A stretch of DNA of 64,000 bases. Source: Candidatus Cloacimonadota bacterium (GTDB lineage Bacteria > Cloacimonadota > Cloacimonadia > Cloacimonadales > WRIO01). The notes beneath the pieces were generated by a model that worked only from the letters and a program-made list of their open reading frames with translations, did no database searches and was not told where the DNA came from. Made by a program: the position numbers and the translations under genes. This document shows positions 38,047 to 48,531 of this stretch, in pieces. Position 1 is the stretch's first letter. The number at the start of each line of letters is the position of its first letter. Location: contig JAKQQL010000269.1 in assembly GCA_029564175.1 (NCBI GenBank), positions 1-64,000 on the forward strand, written 5' to 3'.

Positions 38047-39867
38047 TTACTTCATTAAGATCGCTTTACGAACTTCTGAATGATCAGCAGTACTGAGTCT
38101 GTAATAGTAAATACCAGAAGAAACTGATTTACCATGATCATCCATACCATTCCATACAACAGTATGATTACCAGCTGTTATTACGGAATTAAGCAGATTT
38201 CTGACTTTCTGACCTTTAGCATTGTAAACAGTAATATTAACCGGTTGAGATTTTGTTAACTGATATGCTATCGTTGTGGTTGGATTGAAAGGATTAGGGT
38301 AGTTACCCTGTAACATACGTGTTTTTTGAACAACCATATTATCATTAGCAGTATAGTTTAAATCAGATAAATTTCTGCTTGCTACATACTGTCCATCCAC
38401 TCTTTCATGAGGGATACATGCAATAGTAACCTGACCATTAGGCACATTGGTTCCCATATAGTCTGCATCGTAGAATGTTGTACGGAAATTACAGTTATTT
38501 GTACCATCGCTAAGTGGATATACTGCACCCACTCCAAATGTATCAGCTGGTGCATTCACAAATGAAATATTCTGAATAGCAACTAATCTTGATTCGTAAT
38601 TATTAAAATTACTGTTTAATTCTGAAATCGTAACAGGTACTGCTATAACAGGGTTATTAGTTGAGCTTGCACTACTAATATTAGCAACCGGAACAAACTG
38701 CAACATACCATTGTATTCAGTAATTTTTCCTGATAAACCAGTAATACCATCTCCAATATTAAAGTTAGTACTGATAACATTGCTATAATCATCAATCAAA
38801 ATACCTGCATTGGCATCCTGAACAAACAATTGGTTTCTAAAACTCTGGGTAAAAGAGACAATCACTTCACCGGTTACATTATAAACAGTCTGATTATCAG
38901 CATTTTGCTGTCTCAACTGTGTTAAATTAGTAACTGCAACTGCAAATTGATAATCTGCACTGGTAATATCACTGGCAGTCATACCTGTTTTAAAAGCTCT
39001 GGCTTTTAAAGTTGTATTTTGCGAAATGGTGATAGGTGAAGCATATAATGTAGAAGACTGAGTTGGATCGCTTCCATCTGTTGTATAGTAAATTTGTGCA
39101 TCAGCAGTAGCACAAGTCATTGTAACCTGAACAGGTGCAGCAAATACACCACCTGCAGGATCAAATGTAGGAGCTAAGACAGTATTGGCATCTGTAAAGC
39201 TGAAAGTTAAATTATCATATCTGTAAGTACCACCAGTACCATAAGTACCAGTTGGGTTTGCAGGGCCATATTCAGAAGTGCCAGAAACAAAAGCAGACAC
39301 TAAACGTACACCAAAATTGGCATTGTTATTTGCTTGTGAAATGCCAACAAAGCTTGCACTTCTGGCAAACCAGGTTGCACCTGCATCAATAACATAAAGT
39401 CCATTATCATAACCTGAATCAGTCTCATTAATTGTATTTACATTAGTTGCATTAGTTGCGTTAGCATCGAAATCCATCCAGCTAGTACCATTCAATGTAT
39501 ATTGTAAACGAACACGACTTGCACCTGTGTTACTGTTTCTCTGATGCCAGCTGACTACAATGTTAGTTTTTCCAGCAGTTGAAACCATTGCCTGAATCCC
39601 TGCTGTTTGATTAGCAGTTCCCTGTTCAGGGTATCCTGTTGTCTGAAGAGCAAATCCGCCTGTACCTGTTCCGGTAAAACCCGTAATATAAGTTGCTTCA
39701 GCAGAAATGCCAATTGTTTGTAATGTGCCTGATCCACTTGTTGGATTTAAATTCTGAGCTTCAAAATCCCATACAGTAAAAGGAGTCTGAGCAAACAAGA
39801 ATCCGATTGAAAAAATAGCAATAAGAAGTAAAGCTAAATTTCTCATTTTCATTTGTTGAATCATCAT
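38047..39867 (-). CDS. Secreted protein with chitobiase/Fn3-associated repeat, OB-like domain and FlgD/T9SS C-terminal domain
   Basis: Signal peptide; IYYTTDGSDPT; NYPNPFNPTTTI...WNGMD...SSGIYY. Confidence 0.85.
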   Translation of the reverse strand: MMIQQMKMRNLALLLIAIFSIGFLFAQTPFTVWDFEAQNLNPTSGSGTLQTIGISAEATYITGFTGTGTGGFALQTTGYPEQGTANQTAGIQAMVSTAGKTNIVVSWHQRNSNTGASRVRLQYTLNGTSWMDFDANATNATNVNTINETDSGYDNGLYVIDAGATWFARSASFVGISQANNNANFGVRLVSAFVSGTSEYGPANPTGTYGTGGTYRYDNLTFSFTDANTVLAPTFDPAGGVFAAPVQVTMTCATADAQIYYTTDGSDPTQSSTLYASPITISQNTTLKARAFKTGMTASDITSADYQFAVAVTNLTQLRQQNADNQTVYNVTGEVIVSFTQSFRNQLFVQDANAGILIDDYSNVISTNFNIGDGITGLSGKITEYNGMLQFVPVANISSASSTNNPVIAVPVTISELNSNFNNYESRLVAIQNISFVNAPADTFGVGAVYPLSDGTNNCNFRTTFYDADYMGTNVPNGQVTIACIPHERVDGQYVASRNLSDLNYTANDNMVVQKTRMLQGNYPNPFNPTTTIAYQLTKSQPVNITVYNAKGQKVRNLLNSVITAGNHTVVWNGMDDHGKSVSSGIYYYRLSTADHSEVRKAILMK

Positions 39868-40053
39868 ACGATCCTCCATTTATTCTCTTTAATTTCATAG
39901 ACCAATATATTTCTTTGAGAAAAAAAAGCAAGTTAATTTTTAATAAACTTCTTAACAATTTTAAAACGCTCTGATTAACTTAAAAAAATGAACATTTTCT
40001 TTTTTAAAAATTGTAAAAAAATCACTACTAAAATTAAAAACTTTTCTTTTCTT

Positions 40054-40082
40054 TCCTTATTCTATCCTTATACCTTCCTTAT
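40054..40082. repeat. Three TCCTTAT boxes at 11-bp spacing
   Basis: 40054, 40065, 40076; homologous element at 58721. Confidence 0.7.
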
Positions 40083-40176
40083 CACTTTTATTACATCTAT
40101 AAACAAATATATTCCATTTTCATAAACAGAATTTGATCCAATTTGATTCAAAATGTAAAATGGATTTGTCTCTTTC

Positions 40177-41256
40177 TTAAAAAGCCTCCTGTGCAATAAA
40201 AACAACTTGTACTGAGTCTGACCCTTTGGCTATATCAAAACGGAAATTTAACCTTTCATCAGGAATAATGCTAAATCTAAGTCCGGCTCCAACGGAATAT
40301 TTTAAAGAGTTTAAGTCATAATCTGATATTTGAGGAACAACCTGTCCAGCTTCAACAAAAGTAACAAAACCCATTCTTTTTCTCCAGCTGTGCTCCCATG
40401 GGAATATTCTATACTCCGTTTTTAAAACAAGCATATCCTTGTCGATAAATCGATTAGAGGGATAAGCTCTGAGTTCTTCACCTAAAAGAGACTGTTCATA
40501 GAATGGAGCCTCATCATTTACAATTTTTATTTTAGTTTGAAAACCCAACACACTTTTATCATTTATTTTTTGGTAAAACCGAAAATCAGCCTGATGCGCA
40601 ATATAATCAAAAAAGTCATTTTTTTGGTCATAATTGTATGCAACACTATAGTTTGCATACAAACCATGCGTAGGATAAAAAGTATTATTTCGACTATCAT
40701 AACTGATTGCTGCAGAATAACCTGCTATAGTACTACCTCTTAATTGAGAAGTTATATTTTGAGCCATATATGACCCTTCTTCAAATTGATAATTGTTTGT
40801 TTGATTATATCTTAATCCGACTTGAGCATAAACTTTGGGAAAAAGTTCATATTTAACTGTATTACGAAGTTCCAAAGATTCCATATTATACTTACTAAGA
40901 TAATCTTCAGAATTGTCACTGGAAATCCCATAATAGTCTGAAGGCCAGTTTCTGTATGATATAAATGGAGTTACAATCAACTTACCATCCCACAATACTT
41001 TTTCATACTGGATAAAGCTTAGCAGATTCTTTTTAACGCTCAGCATTGTGTTTGCAATAAAGCTATCAGGTGCTTTGTTAAAATCCTGATTGGGTGGTCT
41101 TCTGGTATTTAAAGCAAATCCCCCTATAGTTAAAGAAGTTTCGCCTGTATAAATAACAAATGGATAAGCAACCCATTGCGATTTTGCAGTTTCTTCTGCT
41201 TTCAGTATCGTAATAATTGTCATCAATAATAGTAAAATGCTTATGTATCTTTTCAT
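40177..41256 (-). CDS. BamA/TamA (Omp85) family barrel-only outer membrane protein
   Basis: YDSRNNTFYPTHG, LRAYP..RF, GAGLRF, C-terminal EAF. Confidence 0.85.
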   Translation of the reverse strand: MKRYISILLLLMTIITILKAEETAKSQWVAYPFVIYTGETSLTIGGFALNTRRPPNQDFNKAPDSFIANTMLSVKKNLLSFIQYEKVLWDGKLIVTPFISYRNWPSDYYGISSDNSEDYLSKYNMESLELRNTVKYELFPKVYAQVGLRYNQTNNYQFEEGSYMAQNITSQLRGSTIAGYSAAISYDSRNNTFYPTHGLYANYSVAYNYDQKNDFFDYIAHQADFRFYQKINDKSVLGFQTKIKIVNDEAPFYEQSLLGEELRAYPSNRFIDKDMLVLKTEYRIFPWEHSWRKRMGFVTFVEAGQVVPQISDYDLNSLKYSVGAGLRFSIIPDERLNFRFDIAKGSDSVQVVFIAQEAF

Positions 41257-41448
41257 ATTAATCCTCTCTTTAACAATAATATAAGTAATTATTGGGTTTA
41301 AGTAAAATTTTTATTTATTGCCTTTCTGAGTCTGTAAAAAAAAGTCATTCTCCAATACCTGGACAATTACAAGTTCTGATTAGAACAATTTGAAATTCTC
41401 TTTTTCTGGACTAATTAAAAACTGCACTCTTTCATTTTTAAGAAATCT

Positions 41449-43008
41449 TTATTCTTCTGCCAATTTTAAGATTGTTTTATTCATTTCTGTTTCCAGTTTC
41501 TTATCTGTAAGCACAATCAGATAATCTCCGCCAAGAATTTGTGTGTTACCCTTGGGGATTAGTTCCTGTTGCCCTCGTCTGATACCCACCAATAAACATG
41601 CTTTTGGCCAGGTGATTTCCATAATGCGTTTCTGATGAATGGTTGAGCCAATTCGGACTGCAATCTCAAGTATCACTTTTTCATGATTTTCTTCAATTAG
41701 TTGCTTTTTATTTTTCTTAATAAATCGAGTCAGTAATGTTTCATATATTGGCTCAGAATGAAGTAGATCTGTTACCAGATAAGCAGTAATTGAAACGATG
41801 CTCAGAGACAATAAATGACTGAATGATCCGGTCATCTCAGTGATTAAAATACTGCCAGTAATCGGCGCTTTTACAATTGCAGTAAAATAACCAGCCATAG
41901 CCAGTACAATAAAATTATTCACATAAACACTATCTATCCCACTGACAGAAGTAATTATTACTCCGTATATATTTCCGATAAGCGCTCCTATTACTAATAA
42001 AGGTAAAAAGATACCACCAGGAGCACCACATCCATAGCTTATCATCGTAAAAACAAACTTACTTAACAATAATATCAGTAAGAGCTTAAATCCTGCACTC
42101 TGATGAACCAAATCGACCACCAGATGATGTCCTCCTCCTAATACCTGTGGCAGAATAAAACCCAACATACCTGCAAATAACACAGGGATAATCATCTTCA
42201 TAGATTCAGGCACCCATTTCATCTTTTCATAAAAATTAAGAGACCATATCAGAGATTTATTAAACATAACACCAGAGATACCAATCACAATACCTAATAG
42301 TATGATTAAAGCATAATACTTTAGTGGAATAACAGATAATCCAGATAGATTAAATATCGGCGCAAATCCAAATATAACTTTATTAAAAAAATCAGCGGTT
42401 ATACAGGCAACTGCTGTTGGCAGCAATACTAATGGAGAAAAGTTTTTATGTACTTCTTCCAAAACAAAGATGATACCTGATAATGGTGCACTAAATGCGC
42501 CTGATAATCCAGCTCCTGCACCACATGATATCAAATATTTTTCTTCCACTCTGACTCGTTTAAATACCCTGCTGACACCTTTACCTACCAAGGCACCAAT
42601 TTGAACAGACGGACCTTCCCTCCCCAATGATAAACCAGCACCTATCATTAAGGCTCCACTGACAAATTTATTGACCAATACTTTCCACCAGCTCATATCA
42701 ATATGACCAAGCAATTCACCTTCAACCTGTGGAATACCACTACCACTCATCATTGGTACACGTTTGGTTCTGTATTTTACAAAAAGAGCAATTGCGATTA
42801 AAATTAAAAACCATACAGGGATTAACCAATAGTGGAACTTCATATAATGGTATGCTTTTTCAGAAAATTCTCCAACTAAATCCAGGATTACCCGATAAGC
42901 TACCACCAAAATACCAGCAATCAATCCTATCAGAACTGATTCAAAAACAAGTTTCATTTTTATGTCCTGCCAATGACGGACAATACTCATTATGTTATTT
43001 TTACTCAT
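41449..43008 (-). CDS. ClC H+/Cl- exchanger with C-terminal TrkA-C domain
   Basis: GSGIP, GREGP, GGIFLP. Confidence 0.92.
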   Translation of the reverse strand: MSKNNIMSIVRHWQDIKMKLVFESVLIGLIAGILVVAYRVILDLVGEFSEKAYHYMKFHYWLIPVWFLILIAIALFVKYRTKRVPMMSGSGIPQVEGELLGHIDMSWWKVLVNKFVSGALMIGAGLSLGREGPSVQIGALVGKGVSRVFKRVRVEEKYLISCGAGAGLSGAFSAPLSGIIFVLEEVHKNFSPLVLLPTAVACITADFFNKVIFGFAPIFNLSGLSVIPLKYYALIILLGIVIGISGVMFNKSLIWSLNFYEKMKWVPESMKMIIPVLFAGMLGFILPQVLGGGHHLVVDLVHQSAGFKLLLILLLSKFVFTMISYGCGAPGGIFLPLLVIGALIGNIYGVIITSVSGIDSVYVNNFIVLAMAGYFTAIVKAPITGSILITEMTGSFSHLLSLSIVSITAYLVTDLLHSEPIYETLLTRFIKKNKKQLIEENHEKVILEIAVRIGSTIHQKRIMEITWPKACLLVGIRRGQQELIPKGNTQILGGDYLIVLTDKKLETEMNKTILKLAEE

Positions 43009-43043
43009 AAAGTCATTATTTCAATCTGGCAATATCAGTCAAC

Positions 43044-45758
43044 TTATTTCAGATATTTTGACTTAACCAGTTCAATTTCATCTTCCCGCTTTAAAAGATG
43101 ATGATTCAATTTTTGAATATACAAATCTTTTAATATGATTCCTACTAGTTTTCCTTCTGCTATCCCCAATTCTATCAAATCATCTCCATTAAGAACTGTT
43201 TTTTCTTCTGCATCATATAATAAATAATTCTTCAATTTTCCAATTGTGTCTTCTTCATTAATTACTGCTAATAAAGCGATTAACGCTTCATGTGAAACAT
43301 TCTTCAGAGACCAGGCAAATTCTCCCCTGCTCAGTTCTAAGGCTTGTTTAGTCAGATAGGAAAGCGATTTGTCATTTTCTTTCTCAGACTGTTGAAATGC
43401 ATGTAAATTGTTAGGCAAGTCTTTTCTTGAAAGTTGAAAGCTTGTGCTACATGCTCTATCATAAAAATCACGATAAATGGCTTTAATCACAGTTGGAAAT
43501 TTATATTGTTCAAAAAACTTCAATGCTGATCGTAAAGACATATCCTGACATAAAATACAGATATAAACAATCCATTTCTTCAAAGGTTTGTAACGAAATG
43601 ATTCATGATACCAAAGTATTAGTTTTGATACTTTCTGCATTTGATTTATCTTTTCTTGAGATATCTCTAAATTTACATTCAGATGATTTAATATACCTAA
43701 TTCTCCCAGTCTTTCAAAAAATCTGAAAACATGTTCATCATCACAGGCTTTAACCAGTTCCTGCCGGATTCTTTCAACGGCTATTTTTTTTAATAAATTC
43801 AAATGTAATGCAGACAGTAATAAATGTTTAGTTTTTTGATCTATTTTAAACTGATATCTCTGCTCAAAACGAATCGCCCGTAAAATACGGGTCGGGTCAT
43901 CAGAGAAGCTCATATTATTCAATATTTTAATGATGCCTATCTGAATATCTCGTCTTCCATTAAAGAAATCAAAGAGTTTACCATAATGACTGCCGTTTAT
44001 CTGGATTGCCATGCTATTTATCGTAAAATCTCTACGGTAAAGATCATTTTTTAGAGAAGACATCTCTACAGAAGGTAAAATACCTGGTTTTTCATAGATT
44101 TCTGATCTGGCACTGGCAAAATCAATCTTTATCTGCATTTCTTTATTGTAAATTCTATGACCGGTTTTAAACACAACAATAGCTGTTCTGAATTGAGGGA
44201 AAGAAGCATAACTAAGGTGAAAACGCTCAGCAAGTGAACTTGCAAACTCAATAGCGTCTCCTTCAATCACAATATCAATATCCATACTTTCACGATTCAT
44301 CAGTAAATCACGAACAAAACCGCCAACCAGCCAGGCATCAACTTCTAGACTGTCTGCAAACATACTAATCTTCTCAATCACCTGAACTATCTGTGGATTC
44401 AGCTTTCGTAAATAACCAGAAACATTTTCAAACACATTCTGACTCAAAGCGATATGCTGTTCATAATTGGATTTAAGAATATCTCTCCTGGATACTATTC
44501 CAACCAGTTTTTCATTTCCATTTTCACCCTGCACAATTACTGGTAATCTGCCAATATTCTTGTTAATCAGTATTTCCTGTGCTTTATACACTGAAGTATC
44601 AGGACTAATGGCGATCAAATCGGTTGACATAATGTAATCAACACTTTTAGATCCGTAATGATGTAAAATAGCCTGACCAACATCTTTTTTGGTAACAATT
44701 CCAACTACTTTCCCTTGTTTTAGAATTGGTATAGCACCAAAATGGTAATTACTCAGTTTTTTACCAACTTCATATATACTCGTATCTACTTCTGCACATT
44801 CCAGATGCCTGCTCATGATATCAGCAACTGTTCCATTTTTTATGATACTCTCCTGAATCAGTTGAAAAACCCTTTTCTGAATCAATTCTGAACTCAGACC
44901 CAAAATAGATGCAGAACCAGAAGAAGGGTGTCCTCCTCCACCAAATTCAGCTAATATGCCATTCACCTGAATAAAAGCATAATCACTTCTTGCAATAATC
45001 AGTGTTTTTCCTGGTAAAATAATAAAACAGAAAAAACAAAGTATATTTTCAGAGCGTCTGATATACTGTAAGAGCTGTGAGATATTAAACAATTCCTTCT
45101 CAAGTTCTATTTTAAAATAATGAATTTTCACACCTTTAATCTCAAACTCTTCTTTTGAGGAAACCAGCTGATTCATAATAACGATCTCTTCGGTAGTAAA
45201 CTGTGGCTGCAGATATTTTTTAACAAAACTAAGTGAAGCTCCTACATTTAGCAGAAATGCAAGTGCAGAAAGATCATCTGCGCAAGTGTTTACTGACAAA
45301 AGCGAGCCTGTATCAGCATATATGCCTAAAGCCAAAAATCCAGCTGTTAATGGGTCAGGAGTAATACCCCTTTCAATCATTTCTTTCACCATTACTGTGG
45401 TGCATGCGCCATAAGCTTCATTTTTATAAAAAACAAAACGTTCAGGATGTTTCGTTTGAAAATGATGATCAAAACATATCACTGGCAAACCCGGATTCGC
45501 TTTTAAATAAGCACCAACTTTCCCTGCACGGTCAAAATTGGAATTATCTACCAAAATGACACTCTTTAGCTGATCAAGCGGAATGCTTTTTTCTTTGATA
45601 ATATCAAACTTCTCAGGAAACTCATTAATAATTTGCTTAACACTTTCTTCCGTTGCTCCACACAAGCTAATCTTCGCTTCAGGAAATAATAATCTCGCAG
45701 CTATCATGGATGAAAATGCATCTAAATCACAGCTGATATGGCTACAAATCACTATCAT
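43044..45758 (-). CDS. tRNA nucleotidyltransferase with DHH and CBS domains (A-adding type)
   Basis: DHH, two CBS, VGGFVRD..DIDI, RRDFTIN, DDPTRILRAIRF. Confidence 0.88.
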   Translation of the reverse strand: MIVICSHISCDLDAFSSMIAARLLFPEAKISLCGATEESVKQIINEFPEKFDIIKEKSIPLDQLKSVILVDNSNFDRAGKVGAYLKANPGLPVICFDHHFQTKHPERFVFYKNEAYGACTTVMVKEMIERGITPDPLTAGFLALGIYADTGSLLSVNTCADDLSALAFLLNVGASLSFVKKYLQPQFTTEEIVIMNQLVSSKEEFEIKGVKIHYFKIELEKELFNISQLLQYIRRSENILCFFCFIILPGKTLIIARSDYAFIQVNGILAEFGGGGHPSSGSASILGLSSELIQKRVFQLIQESIIKNGTVADIMSRHLECAEVDTSIYEVGKKLSNYHFGAIPILKQGKVVGIVTKKDVGQAILHHYGSKSVDYIMSTDLIAISPDTSVYKAQEILINKNIGRLPVIVQGENGNEKLVGIVSRRDILKSNYEQHIALSQNVFENVSGYLRKLNPQIVQVIEKISMFADSLEVDAWLVGGFVRDLLMNRESMDIDIVIEGDAIEFASSLAERFHLSYASFPQFRTAIVVFKTGHRIYNKEMQIKIDFASARSEIYEKPGILPSVEMSSLKNDLYRRDFTINSMAIQINGSHYGKLFDFFNGRRDIQIGIIKILNNMSFSDDPTRILRAIRFEQRYQFKIDQKTKHLLLSALHLNLLKKIAVERIRQELVKACDDEHVFRFFERLGELGILNHLNVNLEISQEKINQMQKVSKLILWYHESFRYKPLKKWIVYICILCQDMSLRSALKFFEQYKFPTVIKAIYRDFYDRACSTSFQLSRKDLPNNLHAFQQSEKENDKSLSYLTKQALELSRGEFAWSLKNVSHEALIALLAVINEEDTIGKLKNYLLYDAEEKTVLNGDDLIELGIAEGKLVGIILKDLYIQKLNHHLLKREDEIELVKSKYLK

Positions 45759-46507
45759 AAAGTATCCTGATATAAATCTAAGGATTTTAAATGCAATCTC
45801 TGATGAAAATGAGTATAAAACTGATGATTGAGTATTTTCCTAAACTGAATTGCGAAGTCTGTAGATTCTTGTAAAATATCAGTCATTTTCCAGAAAGAAT
45901 CCTGATAATAAAGTACAAATTTTAGATTACTGTCTAACAAATCAATGGGTTTAGGATTATTAAGCTGTCTTAAACATAGGTCACAAATAAAGCGTTCTTC
46001 GTCATCAATACCTGCAATCTTTTGATCAAACTGATGACAAACATCACATCTTACATGCATAATATGGGGATTAATGATACTTAGCAAGATAAAAGAAAAA
46101 CGAGCATAATATACTAAATAATTAGAATCAATCTCTTTAAAAAAACTTAAAAAACGGATGACGTAATCATAGACTTTCTGAATATCTTCAGGATTTATCA
46201 TAATGTGTTGAAGCAGTTCAAAAACACTACTAAGAATAACCAGTGCCTGGTATTTATTTTGACTGGCAAAGCGATTATGAAGTAAAGAGTTCTGAAGAAT
46301 GAACAGGTCAGCATTGGGTCCCTTTCTCAGGTTTAGCTCTACTTCATTGTATAACTGTAGATTATCACGATCAGGGCTATTGTTTTTTTTTAAACCATGG
46401 GCAATAAATGAGAGATACCCGTACTCTCGGGAAAATGACTGTATAATAAAGCTCGATTCTTTCCATTCTGTTTTTCTGACAATAACAGCCCTTACATTGT
46501 AATTCAT
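45755..46507 (-). CDS. recO: DNA repair protein RecO
   Basis: N-terminal OB-fold pattern, CDVC...CDLC zinc finger, LKSL C-terminus. Confidence 0.8.
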   Translation of the reverse strand: MNYNVRAVIVRKTEWKESSFIIQSFSREYGYLSFIAHGLKKNNSPDRDNLQLYNEVELNLRKGPNADLFILQNSLLHNRFASQNKYQALVILSSVFELLQHIMINPEDIQKVYDYVIRFLSFFKEIDSNYLVYYARFSFILLSIINPHIMHVRCDVCHQFDQKIAGIDDEERFICDLCLRQLNNPKPIDLLDSNLKFVLYYQDSFWKMTDILQESTDFAIQFRKILNHQFYTHFHQRLHLKSLDLYQDTL

Positions 46508-46606
46508 AAATTAAGAGTTAAACTCCTTATACTACAGCAAACTATCCTGCTTGTCTTGTTTAACTATCCTAAGCAGATTATAAGGTTTACAATCTGTTTG
46601 ATTGCT

Positions 46607-48514
46607 TTACAAGGTTTGAGCGATTTCTTTGATTGTTTGCAGCAAGTCATTGATTGAAAAAGGTTTAATAATTCTGGCTGTAAAGCCGTGTTTTTTAAAA
46701 TCAGCTACTACCGGGTCATTTGAATATCCACTCATCACGATGCATCTGATATTTGGATTGATACGTTTTAAGATATCAAGGCATTCTTTACCTCCCAAAC
46801 CACCCTGAATAGTCAGATCAGTTAAGACGATATGATAAGGATTATTATTAATGATACCACTCTTATATTTATCAATCAGCTGGTTTCCGTCTTCAGCAAA
46901 ATCTACAAGATAGTTAAAGCGTAACAAAATCTTTTGCACCATCGTTCTAATCATTGCATCATCATCCATAACCAGAACTCTGATATCTTGATTATTCAAT
47001 TCAGGTCTGGATGTTACTTCATCATTTTTCCTAAGCTGTTCTGAAGTAGCAGGCAGATAGATATGAAAGCGTGTTCCTGTGCCTGGTACAGATTCAACAT
47101 CAATGAGTCCATTATGTTGTTTAATAATAGAGTAACAAATTGTTAATCCAAGCCCATTTCCTTTATCTTTAGTGGTGAAGTAAGGATCAAATATATACTT
47201 TAAATCTTCATCAGAAATACCCGTACCCTGATCTTCTATACTAATCTGAATATAAGTTTGGTCTGATAAACCAGGTAACGGATGGATATTGGCATCATAG
47301 TTTGATACCTTTACCGTCACCTGTCCTCCGTTTGGCATGGATTGAACAGCGTTTATAACAATATTCTGAATTACCTGTGATAATTGACCCTTATCGACTA
47401 AAACAGGTTTCACATCTGAATTAAACAAAAATTCACAATTAACTTTTGAGCCTCTAACCACAAATCTTGCAGAGTCTTCTATCGTTTCCAAAATATCAGT
47501 TTTTTCTTTTATCGGAGCGCCCCCTTTTGAAAAAGTCAAAAGTTGCTGAGTAAGCCCTTTAGCTCTTCTACATGCTTTTTCAGCGTCTTCAAGCAAACCA
47601 GTTTGTTCGGGACAATCTGTCATAGAATATTTGCAAAGACTGATATTCCCTAATATAGCAGACAATATGTTATTAAAATCATGTGCGACACCTCCCGCTA
47701 GTAAACCAATTGAATTGAGTTTATTCTCTTTAACCAGATATTCTTCCACTTTCTTTTTTTCAGTCATATCTGTAATTATGATTAGCAGATTTTTGGTATC
47801 TGAATAGGTTAAGGGAACAATTTGAATATCTGCAAAAAATTCTTCTTGATTCATTCTGAAAAGTTTACAGTCAAATCGTTCATAAGTTCTGTTTCGGAAA
47901 ACCCGTATCAAACTTTCCTTTATTCTATCTCTTGCTTTATCATCAATGACAGTCTCAAAACTTAAAGCGATATCTATTGAAATATGAAATATTTTTAACA
48001 AGGTTTGATTATAATATTCAATATGGTAGAGTTCATCCATTTCAAATATGCCAAAAGGGGAACATTCCAGAATATTCTTCATCCGATCATTCATTCTGGC
48101 TAGTTCTTTATCCTTTATTTCCAGAGTTTTTTGATTGTTCCAGTCTTTAATAAATCGATTTACCAGATGCGGGAATTCATTAAACATACTGGTACTTTTC
48201 ACAATGTAATCCAGAGCACCCATTTTGATTGCTTTAACGGCATATTTTTCACTACCATAACTAGTCATTAAGACGACTGGTATTTGGTGTTGAATCGACT
48301 TATGTTGTAAAAGGTCAACACCTTCACCATCAGGAAGTTTCCAATCTGATACGATTAAGTCAGGACTTTTCTCTTCTACCAGTTTGATTGCACCAGCTAT
48401 AGTGTCAGCATGAATGAGCTGATAGTAATCTGTCTGATTATAAAAAGAGCGGCTAATCAGTGTGTAATGTTCATCATCATCTTCAACGATCAGAAGGCAA
48501 ATACGGTCATCCAT
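46607..48514 (-). CDS. Hybrid sensor histidine kinase/response regulator (REC-PAS-HK-REC)
   Basis: AGGVAHDFNNIL, FDPYFTTK, GNGLGL; two receiver domains. Confidence 0.93.
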   Translation of the reverse strand: MDDRICLLIVEDDDEHYTLISRSFYNQTDYYQLIHADTIAGAIKLVEEKSPDLIVSDWKLPDGEGVDLLQHKSIQHQIPVVLMTSYGSEKYAVKAIKMGALDYIVKSTSMFNEFPHLVNRFIKDWNNQKTLEIKDKELARMNDRMKNILECSPFGIFEMDELYHIEYYNQTLLKIFHISIDIALSFETVIDDKARDRIKESLIRVFRNRTYERFDCKLFRMNQEEFFADIQIVPLTYSDTKNLLIIITDMTEKKKVEEYLVKENKLNSIGLLAGGVAHDFNNILSAILGNISLCKYSMTDCPEQTGLLEDAEKACRRAKGLTQQLLTFSKGGAPIKEKTDILETIEDSARFVVRGSKVNCEFLFNSDVKPVLVDKGQLSQVIQNIVINAVQSMPNGGQVTVKVSNYDANIHPLPGLSDQTYIQISIEDQGTGISDEDLKYIFDPYFTTKDKGNGLGLTICYSIIKQHNGLIDVESVPGTGTRFHIYLPATSEQLRKNDEVTSRPELNNQDIRVLVMDDDAMIRTMVQKILLRFNYLVDFAEDGNQLIDKYKSGIINNNPYHIVLTDLTIQGGLGGKECLDILKRINPNIRCIVMSGYSNDPVVADFKKHGFTARIIKPFSINDLLQTIKEIAQTL

Positions 48515-48531
48515 TTTTTTTATCCTCTGAA

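Noticed and set aside
43008..43044. Fluoride riboswitch upstream of the ClC gene
   Set aside because: Gap is about 35 bp with no motif, and the protein has Cl-/H+ type GSGIP/GREGP signatures
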